Below are positions 9,329 to 19,817 of a stretch of DNA of 64,000 nt, in pieces; position 1 is the stretch's first letter, and the number at the start of each line of letters is the position of its first letter. Below the pieces are notes generated by a model, which saw only the letters and a list, made by a program, of their open reading frames with translations, made no database searches and had not been told where the DNA came from. A program made the position numbers and the translations under genes. Source of the stretch: an uncultured Chloroflexia bacterium (GTDB lineage Bacteria; Chloroflexota; Limnocylindria; Limnocylindrales; CSP1-4); the NCBI GenBank assembly GCA_963766735.1, contig CAVYBU010000030.1, positions 246,707 through 310,706 of the forward strand, in the 5' to 3' direction.

Positions 9329-9901
9329 GTGGAACCGGTGACCTCTCCTCTCGAATCGGTGGACGCCGCGGGCGCGCATCGCGCCGCGCAGGCGGACGCG
9401 CTGGTCGTGGCCGCCTGGACCGACCACCACGCGGAGGTCTACGCGTTCCTCGTCCGGACGGCCCGCGATCCCGGGGTGGCCGAGGACCTGCTCTCCGAGG
9501 CCTACCTGCGCCTGACCCGCGAGGTGCGGGCCGGGCGGACCCCCGACAACGTCCGGGCCTGGCTGTACCGGGTGGGTGCCAACCTCGCGGTCAGCCGGGG
9601 ACGGCGCATCTCGGCCGCGCTGCGCGGGCTGGTCAGGATCCAGACCACCACGGCCCCGCCGGTGACGACGCTCACCCCCGAGGCGAGCTACCTCGCACGC
9701 GAGGGCCGGGCCGCGATCGTGGGCATCCTCGCGGACCTGGACCCCGGCGCCCGGGCGGCGCTGCTCCTCGCGGCCGAGGGCTTCAGCGGGGCCGAGATCG
9801 CCGCCGCGATCGGGCGCTCCGAGGCCGCCACCCGCACCCTGCTGTGTCGGACCCGGATCCGGGTCCGCAGCCGGCTCGAGTCGGCGGAGGCGTCCCAATG
9901 A
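9329..9901 (+). CDS. ECF RNA polymerase sigma factor
   Basis: Region 2: AEDLLSEAYLRL..RAWLYRV..N. Region 4: GFSGAEIAAAIGRS..ATRTLL.R.R. Confidence 0.9.
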   Translation: MEPVTSPLESVDAAGAHRAAQADALVVAAWTDHHAEVYAFLVRTARDPGVAEDLLSEAYLRLTREVRAGRTPDNVRAWLYRVGANLAVSRGRRISAALRGLVRIQTTTAPPVTTLTPEASYLAREGRAAIVGILADLDPGARAALLLAAEGFSGAEIAAAIGRSEAATRTLLCRTRIRVRSRLESAEASQ

Positions 9902-11711
9902 CCAGCGCACGACACGTTCCTGCACCTCGCCGCCACCGCGATCGACTACCCGCTTGCGGCGTCCGATCGCGGCCGCCTCGAGGCGCACCTCGCGGGCTGC
10001 CCGGCCTGTGCCCGGCGGGCGCATGCCTTCCGGGGCGATGCCCTCGCGCTCGAGCACCTGCCGCGGGTCACCCTGCCCGAGCGCCGCGGATCCGAGATCC
10101 TCGCTACTGCGATGCACCCGGGCGTCGTCCGCCACCCGCTCCGGCTGCTGGTCCTCGCGGCGCTCCTGGGCCTGCTGCTGGTGGGCTCGCTCGCGGTCGG
10201 TGCCCAGCTCCTGCGCACCCCCGAGGACGAGCTCTCGGTCGTGCTCCCGGTGCCGAGCCAGAGCGCCGGTCCGGACGCCACGCCCGCGCCGAGCGCGAGC
10301 CCGGTGCCGTCGGCTTCATTCGAGCCGTCGGCCCCTCCGGTGAGCGGGCCCGTGGTCACTCCGGCCTCGTTCCCGCTGCCATCGGGTGCCGTCTCGCTCG
10401 CACCGGCCGCGGCCGGCGGGGTGTGGGTGCTCGTGAACGACCATGCGGGCCCGGCGCTCGACGGCGAAACGGGCCGAGCGGTCCTCGCGCTTCTCACCAG
10501 GGACGGCGAGCCCGCCGCGGGCTGGCCGCAGGAGATCCAGGGCGTGGACTGCAGCATCCGGGCCGGCATCCCGGCATCGCCGTTCTCGCAGCTGCCGCTC
10601 GTCGCCCCCGACGGCAGCGTCCGCCTCCTGTGCCGGACGGTCCCGGCATCCCCGGATGCAACACCAGCCGTGTTCGCGCTCTCGTTCGACGCCGCCGGCG
10701 CAGCGTCTCCCGGCTGGCCGGTCATGCTGCCGGCAGACCCTGTCGATGCCCGGATGGTCGGTGACACGCTGGTCCTGGCGACAACCACCGTCACGACCGA
10801 CGCTGATGGGAACGTGCTGGAGGGCGAGTTCCGGATCCTGCGGGTCAGCGCGCCCGGCCAGCTGGAGCAGGGTCAGGCGGCTGTCAGGGACAGGAACTCC
10901 TCCTACGATCCGACTCTGGCTGCCGACGGGGTCGCGTTCCAGCGATGGGTCCATGATGATGACGAGGCCGCCGACCCGGCGACGGAGATCCTGGCGTTCG
11001 GGTTTGACGGCGCGCTGCCGGGCTGGCCGATCTCCGTGCCCGGGATCGTCTCCGCCCCCGTGGTAGGACCGGACGGTCGCTACTACGCGATTACCTCGGC
11101 GAGGGCCGAGGGAACGGACGCGCTCGCCCCGAACCAGGCGCTCGTCGCGCTCACCCCCGACGGGACGCTTTCCGTCGGGTTGGATCTGCCCGTGCCCGGC
11201 ATCTCCGAGGCGACCTTTGCGGGCGGGTACGCGCCGATCAGGCCCGTGCTCGAGCCAGGCGGATCCGCGTGGGTCCTGGGCGTCGACGACCGCGACCGCG
11301 TCGTCGTCCACGCGCTCGGACCCGGACGGCAACGTCCGCGACGGGTGGCCGTGGTCGGCCGGTGCGCCCATCGGGGAGCAGGGCAAATGTCCGCAGGGCG
11401 ATACAGGATGCGGCGTGTGGCGGACGGTGCCGGCCCTCGGCCCCGGTGAGGTGCTTCTGGTCCTCCTGGCGCCGGCTGATGCGAAGAGCGGCGGGCAAGT
11501 CGTCGCGGTCGGGCCGGACGGCCGGGTCGTTGACGGCTGGCCGGTCAAGCTCACGAACCCGGCCGGGCGCTGGGATGTCGTGGTGGCCGGCGCCGACGGG
11601 ACGGTCTACGCAACGGCGGTCGAACCTGCCGGGGCCGGGTCGGCGATCACGCTTCTCGCGATCACGCCGGACAGCGAGGTGGCCTGGCGGTCGACGCTCG
11701 TCGGCGAATGA
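9898..11711 (+). CDS. Zinc-binding (ZAS) anti-sigma factor with TM and extracellular beta-propeller; two apparent frameshifts (~9905 and ~11318)
   Basis: ATGA overlap with the sigma gene. LEAHLAGCPAC (HxxxCxxC) is in frame with ORF 10112-11449. GWP repeats continue in the 11217-11711 frame. Confidence 0.7.
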
Positions 11712-12091
11712 CGTGATCGACTCACCTGCGAAAGCGCGTCGCTCTACATGTCACGGGACGGACGCTCGTGGATCAGTCGTCCTGACTCCATGCCTCCCAG
11801 CAGAGCGAGCATCCTGGCCACAGACGGCGCAGGGACAGTTCCGGCCGCCGGCAACCCGTCGACGGCAGGCAAGGTCACGATCTGGCGGCTCGAGACCGCG
11901 CTGCATGTAGCAAGGCTGTTCGTCAGCGCGCGAAGCCCCCAATGATCGGCGCATACGCCCCTCGACTCGTCGTGCGTGAAAGGGCCGACCCTTCACCGCA
12001 TAGGCCCCGGGGACTCCCAAAGCACCCCCGCTGGTGTTGCGCCACGCCCCGGATCCTTGTCTCCGTGATCGAGCCGTGCGAGCATCGCGCC

Positions 12092-12493
12092 ATGACACGG
12101 ATGAGGCGCTCTGCGGCCGGCGCCGCGATCCTCGCGCTCGCGACGGCAGCCGTTCTGGCCTGTTCCGCGACCGGGCGACCCGCCGCGGTCGAGGGCTGGA
12201 GGATCGGGCCAGAGGTCGATTGTGCCGGCCTGTCGCTGCCGCTCGAACGCTGCCAAGCGCTGCAACGACGGGCGATAGCCTATGCCGCAGCGACCGGCGG
12301 ACCGGTCTCATCCTGGACGATGCACGCCGCCGAGCATGTGAACGACGAGGGGCAGCCCGCGCTGCTCGCATCCGGATCAGGAATGCCCGACGCCATCCTT
12401 CTCGTCAGGCAGGCCGACGGGTACCACGCGGCCCTGATGGGGTGCACCCAGCCCACCGCCGCGAACCAGCCTGCCGACGACACGTGCCCGTGA
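12092..12493 (+). CDS. Putative small Cys-containing lipoprotein
   Basis: MTRMRR, hydrophobic stretch, then VLAC lipobox. Confidence 0.55.
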   Translation: MTRMRRSAAGAAILALATAAVLACSATGRPAAVEGWRIGPEVDCAGLSLPLERCQALQRRAIAYAAATGGPVSSWTMHAAEHVNDEGQPALLASGSGMPDAILLVRQADGYHAALMGCTQPTAANQPADDTCP

Positions 12494-12722
12494 CCCAGCC
12501 GCGGGCCTTGCGTTGAGCTGACCCTCCTGCCGTGGGGCAGAGTCAGCGAGCGGTCCACTTCATGGCACCCGGCCGCAGCCTCGTCGCTGCGCCGCCGCGG
12601 CGGATCCGGAGTAGATGGCCGGCCTCGCATGGGCGCTCGGGCGGGGCGAGCCGGTGCCGGACGGATAGGATGAATTCGTGGGACGAGGGCACAGGGACGA
12701 CAAGGGGAGAGGGGGCGAGTCG

Positions 12723-13166
12723 GTGGGCGTCACGCTGGCTCCGGTAGGCGCGGGCAACTGGCGGGCCGTTGCGGATCTGGACGTTCGGGACGAGCAGCGT
12801 GCGTTCGTTGCGTCCGTGACCCGATACCTGGCCATGTGCGCGTATGGCGGAGGCCCATGGCAGCCACTTGCTGTCGAATCGGGTGGGGTAGTGGTCGGGT
12901 TCGCCATGGAGGCCGTTGACCCGGTTGACAATTCGTACTGGATCGGCGGGCTTGTCATCGACGCGGCGTCACAGGGGCGCGGGGTGGGGCGAGCGACCGT
13001 GGAGGCCATGATCGCGCGGGCCCGGGCAGGGTTGCGGCCGTCTGTCGCGCTGAGCTACCACCCCAGCAACAATGCAGCTCGGCGGCTCTATGCCGGCCTG
13101 GGCTTTGTCGAGACCGGCGAGGTCGAAGGCGACGAGGTTGTGGGTCGTCTCCTGCTTCGTGCATGA
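12723..13166 (+). CDS. GNAT N-acetyltransferase (polyamine acetyltransferase-like)
   Basis: IDAASQGRGVG motif A, N.AARRLY..LGF motif B, Q..FVA N-terminal motif. Confidence 0.85.
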   Translation: MGVTLAPVGAGNWRAVADLDVRDEQRAFVASVTRYLAMCAYGGGPWQPLAVESGGVVVGFAMEAVDPVDNSYWIGGLVIDAASQGRGVGRATVEAMIARARAGLRPSVALSYHPSNNAARRLYAGLGFVETGEVEGDEVVGRLLLRA

Positions 13167-13454
13167 CGCCACCCTGCACCCGCGCGTGCACGCTCGCGGC
13201 GCGCTCACCCGCAGGGGCGACGCGCACTGCACCCGGCCGGCCGCGGCCGGGAGACATGGGTCGGAACCGCCCCCCCTGACCGGCCGGCGCTGTCGACCCC
13301 TGACCATCGGGCGACCCTGCGTATGACTCATGGCACGCAAAGTGGGTCCTCCGGTCCTTGTCGGGGTCCGGGGTCATACGGACGCTTGGGTCATGGGCAG
13401 ACCTTCTGATTCCCGTGGCATGCGAAGTCGCCCGCCGACGCACGGCGGCGCGCG

Positions 13455-14225
13455 ATGAAGATCGCGGTCTCGGGCAAGGGCGGCGCCGGCAAGACGACCC
13501 TCTCCGCCCTCCTGGCCGTGGAGCTGCGCCGACGGGACTACGGGGTCACGGTCATCGACGCCGATCCCAACCCGACCACGGCTGCGGCCCTCGGGTTCCC
13601 CCCGGGACCGGTGACCCCGCTCCTCGAGATGAGCGACGAGATCGAGGAGCGGATCGGCAGCCCCGGCGGGTTCGTCCGCCTCAACCCTCGCGTCGACGAC
13701 CTGGTGGGCCGGATCTCGATCTCCCATGACGGCATCAACCTGATCGTGGCCGGGGGAATCACGCACGGTGGCGCAGGTTGCGCCTGTCCGCAGGCCGTGC
13801 TCCTGCGGCGGCTCCTCGAGCACGTCGTCACGGCGCTGGACGAAGCCGTCGTGATCGATCTGGAAGCCGGCCTTGAGCATCTTGGCCGGAGGAGCGCCCA
13901 CGCCGTGGATGCCATGGTGGTGGTCGTGGATCCAAGCCGGGCCAGCATCGAGACGGCCCGTCGCATCCGGCGCCTCGCCGGCGAGATCGGCGTCGAGCGT
14001 GTGCTCGCGGTCGGGAACAGGATGCGGGGACCAGCAGACATCGAGTACCTGGCAGCGCAGCTCGACGGCATGGAGATCGTCGGGACCATTCCCTACAGCG
14101 ACGAAGTGATCGCAGCAGAAAGAGCCGGACGACCGGTGACCGAGATCGCGGGCGAGTTGCCCGCGGCGGCCGCCCGGCTCACGGACGCCCTGGTAGCAAT
14201 GACGAAAGTGCAGGTGAAACCGTGA
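13455..14225 (+). CDS. cooC: CO dehydrogenase nickel-insertion ATPase
   Basis: GKGGAGKT, DADP, GCAC Ni motif, DLEAGLEHLGR. Confidence 0.92.
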   Translation: MKIAVSGKGGAGKTTLSALLAVELRRRDYGVTVIDADPNPTTAAALGFPPGPVTPLLEMSDEIEERIGSPGGFVRLNPRVDDLVGRISISHDGINLIVAGGITHGGAGCACPQAVLLRRLLEHVVTALDEAVVIDLEAGLEHLGRRSAHAVDAMVVVVDPSRASIETARRIRRLAGEIGVERVLAVGNRMRGPADIEYLAAQLDGMEIVGTIPYSDEVIAAERAGRPVTEIAGELPAAAARLTDALVAMTKVQVKP

Positions 14226-16156
14226 CAGAGGCCACAACCCGCCCGGCCCGCACCGACCTTGCCAGCGTGGAGATGCGCGAGCGAGCCAAGCAGGAAGGCA
14301 TCAACACGGTCTGGGACCGCTACGCTGCCATGGGAACCCAGTGCAAGATCGGCGAGGCGGGCATCTGCTGCACCGTCTGCCATCTCGGCCCGTGCAGCCT
14401 CGGCCTGCCCGGCACCAAGCGACCCCAGGTCGGGGTCTGCGGCGCGGACGTCAACACGATCGCCTCCCGTCGCCTCGCGCGCGACATGGCGGCCGGTTCC
14501 GCGGCCCATTCGGATCATGGACGGTCGGTGGCCCACCTGCTCCTCCAGGCCTCCCGGGGCGAGGCGCCCGGGTATGGCGTGCGCGATGAGGTCAAGCTGC
14601 GCACCCTGGCCGCAGAGCTGGACGTCCCGGTCAAGGACCGGACCGTGGACCAGATCGCCGAGGGCGTGGCCGAGTCCTGCCTCGCCCAGTTCGGCCAGCA
14701 GGAGGGAGCCCTGGCGTTCGTCAGCCGGGCGCCGGCCAAGCAGCAGGAGAACTGGCACAAGCTCGGCATCACCCCCCGTGGCGTCGACCGCGAGGTCGTC
14801 GACGTCATGCACCGGACCAACATGGGCGTCGACACCGAGTACAAGAGCCTCGTGATGTCCGGCATGCGCAGCGCCCTGGCCGACGGCTGGGGTGGCTCCA
14901 TGGTCGCCACCGACCTCCAGGACGTCCTGTTCGGCACGCCGAAGCCGATCCGCGCCGAGATGAACCTGGGCGTGCTGCGCACGGACCAGGTGAACATCCT
15001 CGTCCACGGCCATGAGCCGGCCCTGGCGGAGGCAATCGTCGATGCGGCCGGCGACCCCGGCCTCCTCGCGGAGGCCGCGGAGCTGGGTGCGTCCGGGATC
15101 AACGTCGCCGGCATCTGCTGCACCGCCAACGAGGTGCTGATGCGCCGCGGCGTCCCGATCGCCGGCAACTTCCTCCAGCAGGAGCTGGCCATCGTCAGCG
15201 GCGCCGTGGAGGCGATGCTGGTGGACGTCCAGTGCGTCATGCCCGGGATCGTCCAGGCGGCCGGCTGCTTCCACACGGAGATCATCGCGACCTCGACCCA
15301 GGCGGCGTTCCCGGGCACCATCCCGATCCAGGTCACCGAGGACCGGGCGCCGGAGGCGGCCCGCGAGATCGTCGGCCGGGCGGTCGCCAACTTCGCCAAC
15401 CGCGACCAGGTGCGGGTCCAGATCCCGGACCACAAGATGGACGTGGTCGCGGGCTTCACGACCGAGTCGATCACCCACATGCTGGGTGGCACCTACCGGG
15501 GCGGCTTCCGGCCGCTCAACGACGGGATCATCTCGGGTCGTATCCGCGGTGTCGTCGGAGTGGTGGGCTGCGACAGCCCCAAGCAGATCCAGGACCAGGG
15601 ACACCTGGACACCGTCTTCGAGCTGCTGCGCAACGACGTGCTCGTGGCGCAGACCGGCTGCTCGGCGATCGCCTGTGGCAAGGCGGGCCTGCTTCGCCCC
15701 GAGGCGGCCTTCGAGCACGCGGGGCGCGGGCTCCAGGAGATCTGCTCGGCGGTCGGCATCCCGCCGGTCCTCCACGTGGGCTCGTGTGTCGACAACAGCC
15801 GGATCCTGACGGTCGCGCAGGAGATGGTCAGCGAGGGCGGCATCGGCCGTGACTTCTCCGAGCTCCCGATCGCCGCTTCGGCGCCCGGCTGGTGGTCGGA
15901 GAAGGCGATCGCGATCGGCTTCTACGCCGTTGCCTCGGGTATCACGACCTTCCTCGGCTCACCGTTCAACATCCTCGGCAGCGAGGCCGTGACCCGGTTC
16001 GTGACCGACGAGCTCGACGACCTGGTCGGCGCCCGGTTCACGTTCGAGACGGACCCGATCAGGACCGCCGAGCTGATCGTGGAGCACCTCGACCGGAAGC
16101 GGGCTGCGCTCAAGCTGCGGCCGATGATGTACGACGCCCTCCCGGCCATCGCCTAG
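14222..16156 (+). CDS. cooS: Anaerobic Ni,Fe carbon monoxide dehydrogenase catalytic subunit
   Basis: D/B-cluster QC..G..GICC..C..GPC..GVCG; HSDH; C-cluster ligands HGH, ICCT, DVQC, VGC, TGC, GSCVDN; SEKA lysine. Confidence 0.96.
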   Translation: MTEATTRPARTDLASVEMRERAKQEGINTVWDRYAAMGTQCKIGEAGICCTVCHLGPCSLGLPGTKRPQVGVCGADVNTIASRRLARDMAAGSAAHSDHGRSVAHLLLQASRGEAPGYGVRDEVKLRTLAAELDVPVKDRTVDQIAEGVAESCLAQFGQQEGALAFVSRAPAKQQENWHKLGITPRGVDREVVDVMHRTNMGVDTEYKSLVMSGMRSALADGWGGSMVATDLQDVLFGTPKPIRAEMNLGVLRTDQVNILVHGHEPALAEAIVDAAGDPGLLAEAAELGASGINVAGICCTANEVLMRRGVPIAGNFLQQELAIVSGAVEAMLVDVQCVMPGIVQAAGCFHTEIIATSTQAAFPGTIPIQVTEDRAPEAAREIVGRAVANFANRDQVRVQIPDHKMDVVAGFTTESITHMLGGTYRGGFRPLNDGIISGRIRGVVGVVGCDSPKQIQDQGHLDTVFELLRNDVLVAQTGCSAIACGKAGLLRPEAAFEHAGRGLQEICSAVGIPPVLHVGSCVDNSRILTVAQEMVSEGGIGRDFSELPIAASAPGWWSEKAIAIGFYAVASGITTFLGSPFNILGSEAVTRFVTDELDDLVGARFTFETDPIRTAELIVEHLDRKRAALKLRPMMYDALPAIA

Positions 16157-16202
16157 TCACCACGCTGAGACGTAGACAGCCCGACCGACGGAGCGAGAGA
16201 CC

Positions 16203-18389
16203 ATGTCGAAGACCATTGCAGCCGCCGCGATCCGCGGCGGCCACGACTATGTGAACCAGGCGGAGACCAGGCTGGCCGAGGTGATGGAATCGCAGGGCGG
16301 TGCGACCCGCCTCGAGTTCCCCAACACCGCGTTCTACCTGCCGCTGATCCTGGCCACGACGGGCATCGAGGTGAAGACCGTCGAGGACGCCCAGGCGCCG
16401 CTGCGCATCGCGAGGAGCCTGCTCCCGCCCGTCCCCACGGAGGACGTCTGGCTGCCCTACCTGGGCGACGCGCTCGACGCGGGGGTCGCGACCCTCATCG
16501 CCCAGGAGGTCATCGAGGCACTGCGCTACACCAACGGAGGCCCTCCGGGCGGGATCTACCTCGGCTTCACCGACGACTCGATTCTCCGGACGCAGGGCAT
16601 CAAGCTCGTGGACGGGAGGATGCCCGGGTTCGCCGCCTGCGTGGGTGCGATGCCCACCAACGAGGCCGCGGTCAGCCTCGCCCGGGAGCTCCAGGAGCGC
16701 AACATCCTCGTCTTCCTTGCCAGCCAGACCGGCGGCCGCAGCATGGCCGAGCAGCTGGCCGAGGAAGGCGTGGAGATGAGCTGGGACACGTATCTCGTGC
16801 CCTACGGCAAGGACACGAGCTCCGCCGTCCTCGCCCTCAACTTCGCCGCGCGGGCCGCGATGACGTTCGGCGGCATCGTCCCCGGCGACCGGGCCAGTGC
16901 GCGCAAGATCCTCATGTACAACAAGGAGCGGGTCTTCGCGTTCGTGCTCGCCCTCGGTGAGGTTGACGACCAGAAGTACGCGACCGCCGCGGGCGCCATC
17001 AACTTCGGCTTCCCGGTCATCGCGGACACGGACATCCCCGAGATCCTGCCCAGCGGCATCTGCACCTACGAGCACGTGGTTGCCAACACGGCCCACGATC
17101 GGATGGTGCCCAGGGCGATCGAGGTGCGCGGGCTCAAGCTCAAGATCACCAAGATCCCGATCCCGGTCTCCTACAGCGCCGCCTTCGAGGGTGAGCGCGT
17201 TCGCAAGGAGCAGCTCCAGGTGGAGTTCGGGCGGGGTGGCCACCCGGCCCTCGAGTACCTGCGCAGTCGAGAGCTGGACGAGATCGAGGACGGGCACATC
17301 GAGGTGGTCGGCCCGGATCTGGACAGCGCCGAGATCGGCGGATCGATGCCCCTCGGCATCCTCATCGAGGTCGCCGGACGCAAGCTCCAGAAGGACTTCG
17401 AGCCGATCCTCGAGCGCCAGGTGCACCGTTTCGTCAACGGGGCGATGGGCATCATGCACATGGGGCAGCGCGACCTGCCGTGGATCCGGGTCAGCCAGGA
17501 CGCCTTCAACGCGGGCTTCCGGCTCCGGGACCTGGGCGTGATCCTGCACGCCAAGTACCTCGAGGAGTACCCCTCCCTCGTTGACAAGGTGTCGATCACC
17601 CTGATCTCCGACGCCGCCACTCTCGAGCCGATCCTTGCGGAAGCGCGCAAGGTCTGGGACGAGCGCGACGCCCGCGTCGGCGGCATGACCGACGAGTCGA
17701 CCGACATCTACTACTCGTGCACGCTCTGCCAGTCCTTTTCCCCGAACCACGTCTGCATCATCTCGCCCGAGCGGCTCGGCCTGTGCGGCGCCTACAACTG
17801 GCTGGACGGCAAGGTCAGTCACGAGATCAACCCGCTCGGCCCGAACCAGCCGATCGAGAAGGGAGTCTGCCTCGACGCCTCGCTGGGGATGTACCAGGGC
17901 CTCAACGAGTTCGTCAGCAGCAAGTCGAGCAAGACCGTCGAGCAGGTCAGCCTGTACTCGATGCTGATGGCCCCCATGACCTCGTGCGGCTGCTTCGAGT
18001 GCATCCTGGGGATCGTCCCCGAGGTCAACGGGGTGATCGCCGTCGATCGGGAGTACGGGGGCATGACGCCGTTGGGCATGTCCTTCAGCTCCCTGGCCAG
18101 CATGGTCGGGGGCGGCATCCAGACGCCAGGCTTCCTGGGTGTCGGACGCCTCTTCCTCGCCAGTCGCAAGTTCATCCCGGCCGACGGCGGCCTGCAGCGC
18201 CTCACGTGGATGCCACGTGATCTCAAGGAGGCCCTGCGCGAGAAGCTCCAGGCCCGGGCCGTCGAGATCGGCGACCCGGACTTCGTGGACAGGATCGCAG
18301 ACGAGACGGTGGCAACCACGGTCGACGAGCTGGTGGCCTTCCTCGAGGAGAAGAAGCACCCGGCCCTGACCATGGCGTCGATGCTCTAG
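16203..18389 (+). CDS. acsB: Acetyl-CoA synthase (bacterial full-length)
   Basis: A-cluster CTLCQSF..NHVC, GLCGA, TSCGCFE; N-terminal FPNTAFYLP domain. Confidence 0.96.
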   Translation: MSKTIAAAAIRGGHDYVNQAETRLAEVMESQGGATRLEFPNTAFYLPLILATTGIEVKTVEDAQAPLRIARSLLPPVPTEDVWLPYLGDALDAGVATLIAQEVIEALRYTNGGPPGGIYLGFTDDSILRTQGIKLVDGRMPGFAACVGAMPTNEAAVSLARELQERNILVFLASQTGGRSMAEQLAEEGVEMSWDTYLVPYGKDTSSAVLALNFAARAAMTFGGIVPGDRASARKILMYNKERVFAFVLALGEVDDQKYATAAGAINFGFPVIADTDIPEILPSGICTYEHVVANTAHDRMVPRAIEVRGLKLKITKIPIPVSYSAAFEGERVRKEQLQVEFGRGGHPALEYLRSRELDEIEDGHIEVVGPDLDSAEIGGSMPLGILIEVAGRKLQKDFEPILERQVHRFVNGAMGIMHMGQRDLPWIRVSQDAFNAGFRLRDLGVILHAKYLEEYPSLVDKVSITLISDAATLEPILAEARKVWDERDARVGGMTDESTDIYYSCTLCQSFSPNHVCIISPERLGLCGAYNWLDGKVSHEINPLGPNQPIEKGVCLDASLGMYQGLNEFVSSKSSKTVEQVSLYSMLMAPMTSCGCFECILGIVPEVNGVIAVDREYGGMTPLGMSFSSLASMVGGGIQTPGFLGVGRLFLASRKFIPADGGLQRLTWMPRDLKEALREKLQARAVEIGDPDFVDRIADETVATTVDELVAFLEEKKHPALTMASML

Positions 18390-18447
18390 CTGATCAAGAC
18401 GCCGGTCCGGGAGCGGACCGGCCAGAACATACCGGAGGCGAACGCAC

Positions 18448-19806
18448 ATGGCGTTGACCGCGCTTGACATCTACAAGGTGCTGCCGAAGACGAACTGCGG
18501 CGAGTGTGGAGTCCCCACCTGCCTGGCCTTCGCGATGAGCCTGGCCACCAAGAAGGCGGCCATCGACGCCTGTCCGTATGCGACGGACGATGCGAAGGCG
18601 ACGCTCGCCGGGGCCGCCGCTCCGCCGATCCGGCTGGTCAGCATCGGCCCCGAGGCCCAGTGCATCGTGATGGGCAACGAGACGGTCCTGTTCCGCCACG
18701 AGGAGACCTTCTACCACCCGACCGCGATCGCGGCCCGGATCCGGACCGACCGCAGCCTGGAAGAGCTGAAGGCGGAGTTCGAGCGCGTCCAGGCGATGGT
18801 CTTCGACCGGGTCGGGCAGTTCGTGCGGGTGGAGATGGTTGCGCTCGAGGATGCCGACGGCGACCCGGGACGCTTTGCCGCCGCGGCCGCCCTCGCCGAC
18901 GAGATGGGTCTCGCACTCATGCTCATCAGCGACACGCCGGCGGTCCTGGAGGCCGCGGTGGCGGGCATCTCCGCCCATCGCCCACTCCTCTACGCCGCCA
19001 CGACCGACAACTGGGAGGCGATGGCGGCGCTCGCCAAGGCAAGCGCCTGTCCGCTCGTCGTCCGGGGCGCGGACCTCGACGAGCTGGCCGGTCTCACCCG
19101 ACAGATCGGCGCCCTCGGCATCACCGACCTGATCCTCGACAGCGGTGCACGCGGCATCCAGGCCACGCTGACGGACCTGACCCAGATCCGGCGGCTGGCG
19201 CTTCGTCGCCAGTTCCGGCCGCTGGGCTACCCCGCGATGGCGTTCGTCACGGCCCAGGATCCCATCGATCAGGTCACCGAGGGGACGGCCTACCTCAGCA
19301 AGTACGCGGGCCTCGTCGTGGTGGACGGGCTCGAGGACTGGCAGGCGCTCGCCATGGTCACGGCGCGCCAGAACATCTACACCGACCCGCAGAAGCCGAT
19401 CCAGATCGAGCCCGGCGTGCGCGCCATCGGCAAGCCGGATGCCTCCTCTCCGGTCCTGATCACGACCAACTTCTCGCTCACCTACTTCACGGTCGAGGCA
19501 GACGTGGAGGCCAGCCGCACGGCGGCCTGGGCGCTGATCGTCGACACCGAGGGCCAGTCGGTCCTGACCGCCTGGGCGGCCGACAAGTTCACCGCCGAGA
19601 CGATCGCCAAGGCACTGGCCGCGTCCGACCTTGCCGAGCGTGTCGACCACCGGAAGGCCGTCCTCCCCGGCGGTGTCGCCACCCTGAGCGGCAAGCTGGA
19701 GGAGCTGAGCGGCTGGGAGATCATGGTTGGCCCGCGCGAGTCGGCCGGCATGACCATGTTCATGCGCAACCGATGGCGCCAGGCCGAGGCCGCCGCGACG
19801 AGCTAG
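18448..19806 (+). CDS. acsC: Corrinoid iron-sulfur protein large subunit
   Basis: LPKTNCGECGVPTCLAFA..CP, VLFRHE, IYTDPQKP, TTNFSLTYF, SVLTAWAA. Confidence 0.95.
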   Translation: MALTALDIYKVLPKTNCGECGVPTCLAFAMSLATKKAAIDACPYATDDAKATLAGAAAPPIRLVSIGPEAQCIVMGNETVLFRHEETFYHPTAIAARIRTDRSLEELKAEFERVQAMVFDRVGQFVRVEMVALEDADGDPGRFAAAAALADEMGLALMLISDTPAVLEAAVAGISAHRPLLYAATTDNWEAMAALAKASACPLVVRGADLDELAGLTRQIGALGITDLILDSGARGIQATLTDLTQIRRLALRRQFRPLGYPAMAFVTAQDPIDQVTEGTAYLSKYAGLVVVDGLEDWQALAMVTARQNIYTDPQKPIQIEPGVRAIGKPDASSPVLITTNFSLTYFTVEADVEASRTAAWALIVDTEGQSVLTAWAADKFTAETIAKALAASDLAERVDHRKAVLPGGVATLSGKLEELSGWEIMVGPRESAGMTMFMRNRWRQAEAAATS

Positions 19807-19817
19807 AAGGACGGCCG

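Noticed and set aside
9899-9901. Selenocysteine recoding of the sigma-factor TGA
   Set aside because: No convincing SECIS hairpin, the position is not a Cys site, and the ATGA overlap is the usual sigma/anti-sigma arrangement.
11960-12045. Hairpin with faint resemblance to part of a c-di-GMP-I riboswitch on the minus strand
   Set aside because: The GGCAAA / GNRA / GACGCAAA core is missing and no convincing gene lies downstream on that strand.
13291-13306. CooA/FNR-like site upstream of cooC
   Set aside because: TGTCG-N5-TGACC has the wrong spacing and a mismatch relative to TGTCR-N6-YGACA.
18504-19817. 1075-aa ORF suggesting a long N-terminal extension of AcsV
   Set aside because: It overlaps acsC out of frame and is low-complexity Arg/Pro/Gly; the real start is GTG 19818 with an RBS.
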